A stretch of DNA of 64,000 nt, from NCBI GenBank assembly GCA_963779615.1, contig CAVZZA010000001.1:256001-320000 (forward strand), read 5' to 3'. Source of the DNA: an uncultured Nitrososphaeraceae archaeon (lineage in GTDB: Archaea; Thermoproteota; Nitrososphaeria; Nitrososphaerales; Nitrososphaeraceae). Positions 54,754-64,000 of this stretch are shown here, piece by piece. The number at the start of each line of letters is the position of its first letter. Within the stretch, counting starts at the first letter, position 1. The translations under genes were made by a program, and so were the position numbers. Below the pieces are notes generated by a model. That model made no database searches. It saw only the letters and a program-made list of their open reading frames with translations, and was not told the origin of the DNA.

Positions 54754-55186
54754 TTAATAAATTTAGTGAACATAACCTATTTTCCAATTTATAAAAAAAT
54801 GAACAATATAAAATAGAAAATCTAATTCGGATATCGGTAATGACAATACCCAATCCTTCTCAGGATTTTCTTTTGTTTACAGACAATCTTTTTTCCAAAC
54901 ATAATAAAAATAAAACACATCAAGCAATCAAATAATAATCACTATTATTCAGTTAAATTCATATGGGTATTTTGGGTGCAACACTGCAGTTTTCATGCTA
55001 TAACTTTAATTCTCAAAATCAACAAATCATGAAACAGTGTTCTAAATTACAATAACTTTATTTATTTTACATAATCAATTTTATTAATTTTAATAATTAC
55101 TATTTCTACAAGTTGGTTTATCATATAGAATGAATTGCGGACAATTTCAATAGTGGATCAAATTAAAAAAATCTTTTATATCAAAT

Positions 55187-55378
55187 TTACCAATAAATAC
55201 CTTTTTCTGAATCTGTTAGTTCTGAGCCACATTTAAAACATTTAAGATGGCAAACAGTATATTCCCCCATAATAAAACCACATTTAATACATTCAATTTT
55301 TTGTTTTGAATTACCTTCTTTGGACTCATCCAACTTAATATAATGAATCAATAAATTGGGCACAATCACTATTTTCAT
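55187..55378 (-). CDS. Small Zn-ribbon protein
   Basis: CIKCG...CHLKCFKCGSELTDSEKGIYW. Confidence 0.6.
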   Translation of the reverse strand: MKIVIVPNLLIHYIKLDESKEGNSKQKIECIKCGFIMGEYTVCHLKCFKCGSELTDSEKGIYW

Positions 55379-55816
55379 TACCTTATAAACAGCAAAGTAA
55401 ACTTTAAACGTTATCTATATACAATACTAATTCTATATAGATAACTATGGCAACACTTAAAACAGATAATTCACATTATTCATTCCTAAATCAAGAACTT
55501 TATACAGTAGTCACAGTTGTAAATATGGCAAATGATTGTAATAATATCGAATTGATAAAATCAACAAATTTATAAATATTTACTATTAAGGATAACATTT
55601 ATAAATCGATGTATAAATTAGTAAACAACTAAATAAAATTGTCAAGTAAATTGTTAGATAACAAAAAACAGAACATTGTTAAAATTTTGAAGATATATTT
55701 AACTGTATAACAATACAACAATCTTTTTAATTTTATTTATAGTATATTATACTATATAAACATAATAGTCATATTTTGTATAGACTATATGGATAATTTT
55801 TATATTTTAATATAGT

Positions 55817-56280
55817 ATGATTTATAATAGAGTGCGTGCCATAAGTATCGCAATCGATGTAGATGGTTCTCCATCAGGTTACATTTCTTGGCATAATCAT
55901 TTTTTTAATAAAAGTAAAATTAGAGTATTAAAACCATCAAAAAAAAATGAAAAGTTTGGGGTTCAGAGAATGGAAATGCTTGCAGTTTATTTTGCTATTT
56001 TAGACAATTTGAAAGGATTTAGAAAAATTAAAAGAACAAAAAAAAAGAATCATTATTGTTAGAAGTGACTCAAAGTCTACAATAGAACAATTAAATAAAA
56101 AAATAGGGATAAAAGACAGCATCATGAGGAGGATTTATAATTCCATAATACGGGTATTAGAAAAAGTTTCCTGCAATCTTATTTTTAATTATTTAAATAG
56201 AACAAAAAATTCGGCAGGAAAGTTATTAGAGCATCTTCGAAGGGAAAGTATATACATTCAAAAGAAAGGTCAACAGACTA
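55817..56280 (+). pseudogene. RNase H-like protein, +1 frameshift in an A9 run, 3' end abutting the IS
   Basis: DVDGS, MEMLAV; after removing one A at 56038-46: IIVRSDSKSTIEQL...RTKNSAG. Confidence 0.65.
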
Positions 56281-57215
56281 AGAGCCTATCCCAAAAACCG
56301 ATATAATTATGCTTGTTATCGTTTTCATTTACGAGTGGCATCGGTCTATCATAAGAACAAGAATAAACAGACATTAACAAATATTCCAGATGAACATGGG
56401 ATGAAATTGTTTCAGTTTTACCAAGGAAAAACCCGATAATGCGATTGGTCGTCCAATTGTTCCCTACAGAAAAGTAGTGGACGGTATTCTATACATCCTA
56501 AGAACAGGGTGCCAGTGGAAGATGCTGCCTGCAGAGTATGGTTCAGGTTCAACATGTCATCGACGATTTCAGGGGTGGGCGGGGTTAGACATTTTCAAAA
56601 AGGCATGGATCAGGTTGTTGCAATCATATGATAACAAACAAGGTATCAAGTGGACATGGCAATCGCTTGACAGCATATCCATAAAGTCTCCTTTAGGTGG
56701 GCAATGACCGAAGGAAGCAATCCCACTGACAGAGGCAAACTGGGCACAAAAAGGCATGTTTTAACGGATACAAAAGGAATCCCACTCTCAGTTGTCATAT
56801 CATCCGCAAGCACTCATGATACAAAACTAGTAACAGATGTAATGGATAATACAATTATCAAACGATCATCATCATCAAAGAAACGTAAATTATCCAGAAA
56901 AAGAAAACTGCAACACCTGTGTCTTGATAAGGCGTACAGTTCCAAGACAGTAAAACAGGAAATCATCAACCGAGGATATGTGCCGCATTTACCGTACAAG
57001 AGAAAAAGAGGAGAGGGCAAGACAGAAACACAAAAGATGTCAAATCGAAAAAAACATCCTGCCAGAAGATGGGTTGTGGAAAGAACCAACTCATGGCACA
57101 ACCGATTTAGAAAACTGCACACAAGATATGAGAGGAAAGCAGAGAACTATCTTGGGTTGGTACAGTTCTCATGTTGCATCATCATCTACAGAAAGATAGT
57201 TTTGGGATAGGCTCT
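56281..57215 (+). mobile_element. IS5-family (IS427-like) element, two-ORF transposase
   Basis: 16-bp IRs AGAGCCTATCCCAAAA, TA duplication; ORFs 56477-56707 and 56704-57210 (TGCQWKMLP; DKAY; RWVVERTNSW); 5' frameshifts. Confidence 0.93.
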
Positions 57216-57319
57216 TAATAATAAACTTCAATAAATAATTTACTTATTATTTCCTAATGGAATCAAATAATATATTATTAATTAGATTTCCATCGGTATA
57301 AATGGAAATTTATTCTATT

Positions 57320-57748
57320 TCATTCAACTTGCTCAAATATAGTATTTAGTTTTACTATTGTATTACTTACAGACATATTTACTTCAAAATATATACATAA
57401 ATATTTATCGTGTATCTCAGTCAGCGATGCGAAGGCTATATACTTGTTCTTAGTAACATTAATTAATTGAAAATCAGATCTATTTCCCATATTAAAATGA
57501 ACAACGATGTTTTTCATATTCTTAATAGAATATAAGCCATCGTCATCATTAGAGAAAATATAGTATAATGAATTCTGAGATGATTTAAAGAAACTATCAC
57601 CCATAATTTCATTCTTTTGAATACCAAATAGTCTGGGTAGGCCTACAATCAATTTTCCATAATCATTTACTACTCCTGCAAATAATATAGAATTATCCAC
57701 GCCTAATGCCTTAGAACATAATCTATAGAGAAATTTTCTTTCTTCCAC
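57320..57748 (-). CDS. Hypothetical protein (roadblock/GAF-like)
   Basis: DNSILFAGVVNDYGKLIVG...YLCIYFE. Confidence 0.6.
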   Translation of the reverse strand: MEERKFLYRLCSKALGVDNSILFAGVVNDYGKLIVGLPRLFGIQKNEIMGDSFFKSSQNSLYYIFSNDDDGLYSIKNMKNIVVHFNMGNRSDFQLINVTKNKYIAFASLTEIHDKYLCIYFEVNMSVSNTIVKLNTIFEQVE

Positions 57749-58051
57749 GAGATAATTAAAGAATAAAATTATTAATTCTTTTACTAAATATTTACATTAG
57801 TTGTATATATATGACAATAGATCTATAATAATTCATAGAAAAACTAGATCACCTTAACTCAATTATAGTTAAAAAGTACAAAATAAACCTAAACAGTATC
57901 TGCAAATACAACTTTCCTTCACCGGAATCTGCCCCAACAGCAAGATTTGACATATTGAGTAAAAGATTTCTTTACATTTGGTTTATGACAGCGATAAAAA
58001 GGTATTGTACATTAAACATTGCAAAAGATATAACAAGATAAGGTTTTCCGA

Positions 58052-58669
58052 GGCTCTGCTCACTTAATGATATCTAATTCCCTGTTATGAAAATATGCAA
58101 AAAGTTGTAGCCAATTATGAACATGTTTCAATTTACAACTCTTTCCTTGGCATGGAAAGTAATCATCGAACCTTCGGTTCTGTCCTTGATGCACTGCATT
58201 GTTCTCTGAGAATTTTTTTACGAGGCGAATGGATGTGATGCTGTAGTTTCAGGAATTTGCAAGCCTGCCGGTACCATATGTACCCCCATTTGTTGAAACA
58301 GGATGTTTTCCATAATTAGGGACCAGGTTTGAAATATGTCGTTCTGCTACAAACATGTTTCGCTCTTTGATATGCTTATTGCAAGAATTTTTTTGTTATT
58401 AGGCTCGATAGTAACCCATAACCATATGTACTTCGAACCAACCTTAATCAATGTCTCGTCTATAATAAATTCCAAAACTTTCTTTTTATTAGACGATATT
58501 CTTTGAGGACTATATTTTTGAATCCAGTTCCAAATAGAAACGTGAATCCTTTTAACCAAACTGGAAAGTCTTTCTGATGTCCTTCTTAGAGAGAGACCTA
58601 AAAAATACAAATACAAACCATGACATATGTACCTCTGAAGATGTAGGTTTATCGTAGGTGAACAGAGCC
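58052..58669 (-). mobile_element. IS6-family element with decayed transposase
   Basis: IRs GGCTCTGCTCAC / GTGAACAGAGCC; 8-bp TSD TTTTCCGA (58044-51, 58670-77); IDET...WLWVTIEP. Confidence 0.9.
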
Positions 58670-58776
58670 TTTTCCGAATAGAGAAAAAATAAAGATCACT
58701 AACTTATTATCATTTGTATACAATCAGCTTTTACTAGCCTCACAACAATAGACCATATTAAATAATCCTCATATCC

Positions 58777-59688
58777 TTATAAAAAATTGTTGTCGGCATC
58801 TAAAAGATCAGATTTACAATATTGGACGAACTCGTCATATTTGTTTTTTCTTATCATGGCAATATTATTTTCAGCGATAACGCTGTTATGTGTATTATGT
58901 CGTTTTAAACAGGCAGTTGTTATATCATAATCATGAACGTTTCCAAGCATATCCTGAATTTTTTCTAATTTATCTATCAGGCTAGAAACATTATGATTAT
59001 CTTCATGATCGTTCTTATCAACTACCTCATTTTCGTCAATACTTTCTTTATTCTTATCCTTATTGCTTAAAACAAGCTCCAGTAAATAACGCAATTTCTT
59101 GGCATCCTTTCTTATCTCATGTAACTCCTCAATTTTTTCGCTATTGTTGATTACAATGGGAAAGTTTTTCTCCATTCTGCAGACAAATTTACCAACAATT
59201 TTATTATATCTTTTAATTAATTTCTTTTGCACCGTACCACGTTCATATAGCTTATTATCGTTATTTATATGGGTAACATTTAACTTTCTTAGGCCAATGG
59301 CAACGGATAACGCCTTATCAAGTTTCCTATTTTTTTGTCTTTTAATTGATTTACTTAGTATTTCAAGCTGTTGTTCATCCATCTGCCCTTCCTTGTTTAA
59401 CTTTTCTAGAACAATATCAAAATCCCTGATTTCACTATTTAGTTTAAAAAGGCGTTTGCTATTAAATACATATTTTTTTATTCTTTTTTTCCGGATTTGC
59501 TTTGGGCTGGCGCTATACGATGCTTCTAGCCTTCTAAATGCTGTTCGTATATCGTGAATGTTTTCTTCATTAGGATCTTTAATGTACTCATTCAATCTCT
59601 TGCCTACCTTTTGGATATTATGGACATAGTTATCAAAAAAAGTATCTAAATTAATAGAATGCGGTATATCAAAAATTAACCTTGACAC
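58777..59688 (-). CDS. CHAD-domain polyphosphate-binding protein
   Basis: IHDIRTAFRRL, IRDFD, LHEIRKDAKKLRY, QDMLGNVHD. Confidence 0.92.
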   Translation of the reverse strand: MSRLIFDIPHSINLDTFFDNYVHNIQKVGKRLNEYIKDPNEENIHDIRTAFRRLEASYSASPKQIRKKRIKKYVFNSKRLFKLNSEIRDFDIVLEKLNKEGQMDEQQLEILSKSIKRQKNRKLDKALSVAIGLRKLNVTHINNDNKLYERGTVQKKLIKRYNKIVGKFVCRMEKNFPIVINNSEKIEELHEIRKDAKKLRYLLELVLSNKDKNKESIDENEVVDKNDHEDNHNVSSLIDKLEKIQDMLGNVHDYDITTACLKRHNTHNSVIAENNIAMIRKNKYDEFVQYCKSDLLDADNNFL

Positions 59689-59862
59689 AGATAAAACAAT
59701 ACACTTGAAATTATTTTAATATTTTACTACAAATAAAATAAAAAAACTCCCGGCATGTATTCAGTAGTACATATAAAAACATCGATTTGACACCAATTAG
59801 TTTGAATGGCATTATAATCCTATCAAAATATGACATTATTCAACATATACGACTATATTCTA

Positions 59863-60459
59863 TTACCCCTCCTTTGTCTTTATTTTCCTTAAAATGGAGT
59901 TTCTTACAAAGTCACTTGTCACAGATTTTGGTATGTTACAATATGATGAAATACATTCTGTTATTTTATTTGAGCATGTTATATTTTTACACAAAGATAG
60001 ATTTTCTTTAAAGGATTTGACTGGATCTTGGGATGAAAAAGCCCATGTCAGCATCATTCCTAGAACTTTTTCTTTTACATGTGGAGGCTTTTCTGATAGC
60101 AAAGCATTTAATTCATCCATTGAAGGAGCCAATTCTCCAATACCGTCATAATAAATGTCGTCATCACTTTTAGAATCAATGTCAGTGTTTTTCCTACATT
60201 TGGACTGAGAATTAAACATACCATTGTTGTTTAATTCCTTATCCCCGCTCTGAAGATCATTACTACCCTCTGTTTTCAGGTCACTGGAAGACGGCACAAG
60301 AGGTCCATGGGAATATACCAAATTGTTTGACTTATTGTATATCTCTCCTTGGTTATCATGTACATCTTTATTGTGGCGAAAAGCATTCCATTTCCTATCG
60401 AAAGTATTTCCACAACCAGAACAATAATATGGCGAGTTTTTCAAATATACCCTTTTCAC
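59863..60459 (-). CDS. Hypothetical protein with N-terminal C2H2 zinc finger
   Basis: YYCSGCGNTFDRKWNAFRHNKDVH. Confidence 0.72.
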   Translation of the reverse strand: MKRVYLKNSPYYCSGCGNTFDRKWNAFRHNKDVHDNQGEIYNKSNNLVYSHGPLVPSSSDLKTEGSNDLQSGDKELNNNGMFNSQSKCRKNTDIDSKSDDDIYYDGIGELAPSMDELNALLSEKPPHVKEKVLGMMLTWAFSSQDPVKSFKENLSLCKNITCSNKITECISSYCNIPKSVTSDFVRNSILRKIKTKEG

Positions 60460-61016
60460 ATATTTATGTAATCTTTAAATAGTCTCACTATATAATCTAT
60501 ATAATTGCATATAAACTATATAGATTGGACCTTAAGCATACATATATTGAGGTGTGTGAAGGCGTCTGGTCACAACTCGGGCCGTTGAATTATTGATTGA
60601 TGAGTGACTCGGAGTGACTCAACAGGGCAGTGAATTAATCATGGTTAACCATTCAACCATATAAACCGTATTAAAGGAGTGTGAAGGAGAAAAGCGGAAA
60701 AACAGCATGAGGCGTTTCAGCATAGCTATTCCTACCGTTTTATCCACAGTATCCGGCGTATGCAATAAAAACATGACAATAGGTAAATAGTATTACCAAC
60801 CTTTTGACGAACTGCCCAAACAAGAAGCGACGGCAAGAAAAATCGCTCTAATGGCTACCGATCATACAACCACCAGACAGTAGATAAATGAAGATTATCT
60901 ACATTATAATTTAAAATGTCAAGTATAGTTCACTTGAATAGGTGATGCTCTTACAATAGGAAGTTGAGGATACTTTCAACTTAGGTTATGTACAATTAAT
61001 CCAAGTTTCCACAACG

Positions 61017-62510
61017 TCACGCAATCTTTTTGCCAGGGTTCAAGAGGAATTTGGGATCGAATAACTTTTTTACCTGTAGAAAAATAGAAAATACCTCGTC
61101 ACCATACACAGATGGAATGTATTTTACTCTAGCCAACCCATCTCCATGCTCTCCTGTTATTGTTCCGCCATTTCTTATTACCCTGTCGAAAACTTGCGAA
61201 GCGATGCGTTCTATTAATTCCACTTCAGATTTTGAATCCATATCGATTAAAGGCCTTGTATGCAAATTCCCATCTCCCACATGACCATAAACAACGTAGT
61301 CGAGCTTACTATCCAAATACGTTTGCAGAAGGTATTGCGTGTGAGCATGTAATAGAGTTGGTTTAACCACTGTGTCTTCTATCAAGCCGATCGGTTTTCT
61401 TGTCCCATACGTCAATTTCATAATACGATTTAACGCGCCTTTACGCGCTTCCCATATACGGGTCGCACTATTTTCATCACTTGCACTTTCTATGATAGTA
61501 CACTTTCCAGACAATTTTTCTTTACATTGACCAAGTTTTCTCTCGACATCTCCAATCCTGTCTCCTGCAAATTCTACAAATAATAGACAACCAGGATTAG
61601 TGGCTACTTGCTGCTGCTGAAGGGTATTCTTCTCCCCATGGGAGACAACTGTGTGATCAAGCATTTCAAGGGCAACAGGATAAAATTGTAAAATAAGTGG
61701 AACTTCAGACACAGCGGACAGCAAATCCTCAAAACCTAACACTAGCAAATGACGATAAAGCGGAATATCCAGGATTTTTAGCCTTGCGGAAGTTAGTATT
61801 CCTAATGTGCCTTCAGAAGCAGCAAATATTTTTTGAGGTGAAAATCCTTGTTCGTTTATTACTGCATCAAGCCTGTAACCACATGAATTTTTGTTCACTT
61901 TTGGATATCGGCTTTGGATGATATTTATGTAGGGCGACAGCAGTCTTAACAAATTTGTGATCATGCAATCTTCAGATTTATTATTACCATTAACATAACC
62001 AGCAGATCCATCGGAATAAATAATATGGATTTCTTGAAGAAAGTCTATTGTACTGCCGTAACCCAGACAATGAACACCACTTGAATTATTTGCAATCATC
62101 CCCCCAATTGTGCAGTAATTGCTACTTGCAGGATCGACAGGAAGGAACTTTCCTCTCTTTTTCAGTTCCCTATCCAAAATACCTTTAACTACACCTGGCT
62201 GGACCTCAACATAATCAGTTCCGATTTCCACAACCTTGTTCATGTATTTTGCAAAATCAATAACGATGCTATTTGAAAGAGACTGCCCAAGAAGGCCAGT
62301 TCCTGCTCCCCTTGCGGTTATAGGAACATTCTTAGAAAAACAGTATTTACAAATTTTCTCTATATCATATCTGTCTACTGGGCGTACCACCACTGAGGGC
62401 TTTATAGCATAATGACTTGCATCAACAGAGTATATTTCTTTACTCCAGTCATCAGAAAGAATTTCACCCTTCGCGATACACCTTAACTCATCGGCAATTG
62501 GCATCACCAT
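61017..62510 (-). CDS. FAD-binding oxidoreductase (GlcD/D-lactate dehydrogenase-like)
   Basis: RGAGTGL, TIGGMIANNSSG, SEGTLG, GHVGDGNLH, GEHGDG, LNPGK. Confidence 0.92.
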   Translation of the reverse strand: MVMPIADELRCIAKGEILSDDWSKEIYSVDASHYAIKPSVVVRPVDRYDIEKICKYCFSKNVPITARGAGTGLLGQSLSNSIVIDFAKYMNKVVEIGTDYVEVQPGVVKGILDRELKKRGKFLPVDPASSNYCTIGGMIANNSSGVHCLGYGSTIDFLQEIHIIYSDGSAGYVNGNNKSEDCMITNLLRLLSPYINIIQSRYPKVNKNSCGYRLDAVINEQGFSPQKIFAASEGTLGILTSARLKILDIPLYRHLLVLGFEDLLSAVSEVPLILQFYPVALEMLDHTVVSHGEKNTLQQQQVATNPGCLLFVEFAGDRIGDVERKLGQCKEKLSGKCTIIESASDENSATRIWEARKGALNRIMKLTYGTRKPIGLIEDTVVKPTLLHAHTQYLLQTYLDSKLDYVVYGHVGDGNLHTRPLIDMDSKSEVELIERIASQVFDRVIRNGGTITGEHGDGLARVKYIPSVYGDEVFSIFLQVKKLFDPKFLLNPGKKIA

Positions 62511-62856
62511 TGTTTTACAGAGATCATATTAACCTTCAATCGAGTATAAAGGCTCTGCTGACAAAAATCTTATAGTATCTTTTGGTATTGTATGGTGGCG
62601 CGGTTCAGTGTACATGTTCATTATAAGCGAGGCGCTATATCGCATAATAAAACTACCGATAAAAGTTTACAAATTATTATAAAAATTTTGTAAAGTTAGG
62701 TTCGTTTCATTCCGTCGGTGTTATTTTTGGGTGTTCGAAAATGGGTGGTAAATGGATATTTAATTAGAGAATAGTTACATTATGCATTATTGTAATAGAA
62801 ATAGATTCTTGTTGTAGTAATTCTTCTAATTGTGTTTTAAATTGTGTGAAAAAATC

Positions 62857-63290
62857 AATGTGACCGGCCTCGTTTACATTGCTGCAATCATTCCAAACGA
62901 TGGTCAACTCACCTCGATCTTATTTGACATAAAAGTTGCCAAAAGACTTTTTGGTTTTATATAAATGAGGATATGATTACGTAAATCCAGCAATCTTCCA
63001 GGCCTCCTTTGCTCAAGGTGTTAATACTCAGAAGATAAAATCATGGCCGTAACACAAAAGCCACCTAATCAGGCAATTCTCGCTGAAAAATCAGATCCTC
63101 CAGCTTGGCAACAATTACATTCATGGTATCAGATTTCTGAGTGACCATAGATTCCACCTGCTGCGCACACCAATTCGCAAAACAAATTAATGCTACCACC
63201 GTGTTAATTCCAGTCATGCTGCTCCTGTATCACATCAAGATCAGACTACCCGAATCAATACTACAAGCAGCGGCAAAAGGAAATACTCGA
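62857..63290 (+). pseudogene. Decayed paralog of the alpha/beta hydrolase at 38834
   Basis: NVTGLVYIAA, IMAVTQKP, PPAWQQLHSWYQISE, FAKQINATT, NSSHAA with stops and frameshifts. Confidence 0.8.
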
Positions 63291-63526
63291 CAGCACAACA
63301 GGATTAGTAAAAATAAGGCGTAATAGATACATTAGAGCACCCTTTTTGTAAATCCATACATGCATAGCAGGAAAATTTCACAGATTGGAGCATTCTAATA
63401 TTCTAAATTGTTATGCTACAAACAAAGCTTAATGATGTTAATATCTATATTGCTGCAGATCCCCTCTAGCAATAATTATAAGATGACATACATCATTAAA
63501 TACAGGATTTCTACAATCATTTTTCA

Positions 63527-64000
63527 ATGAGTAATAAAACATACTCAATCCATTCATTACGCTTTACAGGAATCATCGTCGTTTTCATGATTATTGCAAC
63601 TAGCATTTCCGTATTTGAACTTGGTTCAAATCATCCTAAGGTTGCAGTGGCTCAGCAGCTGCAACAATCACAAGTCAACCAAACATCTTCTGTTCTGAAA
63701 GGCCAATCTGATTTGCAAGGCAATTCCTTTGATATCGACAACATTACTTTTTTCCATCACATGGCTTCTGTTAACGGTATTCAATTGCACTACGTGATAG
63801 GAGGCAAAGGAGATCCCGTAGTGTTATTGCATGGATTTCCACAGTCTTGGTATGAATGGAGGCACATTATGCCAGCATTGGCTAAGAATTACACCGTGAT
63901 TGCACCTGATCTTCGAGGATTTGGCGATTCTTCAAAACCTAGTACAGGTTACGACGGCAAAACTACTGCAGAGGATATATATCAATTGACATTACAACTA
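63527..64000 (+). CDS. Alpha/beta hydrolase (epoxide-hydrolase-like) with signal peptide, runs off the window
   Basis: VNGIQLHYVIGG.GDPVVLLHGFPQSWYEWR, APDLRGFGDS. Confidence 0.88.
   Translation, partial: MSNKTYSIHSLRFTGIIVVFMIIATSISVFELGSNHPKVAVAQQLQQSQVNQTSSVLKGQSDLQGNSFDIDNITFFHHMASVNGIQLHYVIGGKGDPVVLLHGFPQSWYEWRHIMPALAKNYTVIAPDLRGFGDSSKPSTGYDGKTTAEDIYQLTLQL

Noticed and set aside
2038-61921. Numerous short overlapping ORFs in the track (for example 2538-2981, 9055-9474, 43013-43738, 59099-59557)
   Set aside because: They lie antisense to or out of frame within well-supported genes and have no motifs
62551-62571. GGCTCTGCTGAC IS-end-like sequence (similar solo ends near 14912 and 50417)
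   Set aside because: No partner IR or transposase remnant could be identified

Overview
AT-rich archaeal DNA; gene content and protein style point to an ammonia-oxidising Nitrososphaeraceae genome (Nitrosocosmicus-like; inference). Two intact core blocks are present. The first, 1-12.8 kb, holds tetraether synthase, TrmB, pelota, CutA, PyrB, class II RNR, an HTH/ATP-cone/NrdD-like fusion, a CdvB paralog and DUF35-thiolase. The second, 21.9-30.1 kb, holds nitrilase, NadM, RtcA, HerA-NurA, a wHTH pair and an HD protein. They alternate with IS-riddled accessory DNA (12.9-21.9 kb and 35-64 kb). The dominant theme is a phosphate/polyphosphate island: pstSCAB-phoU (pstS and pstC each broken by +1 A in an A-run), a PhoX-like phosphatase, a tandem pair of thymidylate-kinase-like proteins resembling the heteromeric archaeal PPK3 polyphosphate kinase, two CHAD proteins (one without the His/Arg motifs), CYTH, an atypical HerA ATPase and an arsM-arsC-aquaporin operon. 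Many promoters there carry 9-11-bp-periodic CTATAT/ATATAG arrays just upstream of the TATA box, a candidate thaumarchaeal Pho box. Also seen: two 43-bp tRNA-3'-end-like att repeats with an integrase remnant, a candidate C/D-like sRNA, and about 10 IS6/IS5-type elements or remnants. No rRNA, full tRNA or CRISPR array was seen. All calls come from reading the sequence; no database searches were run.
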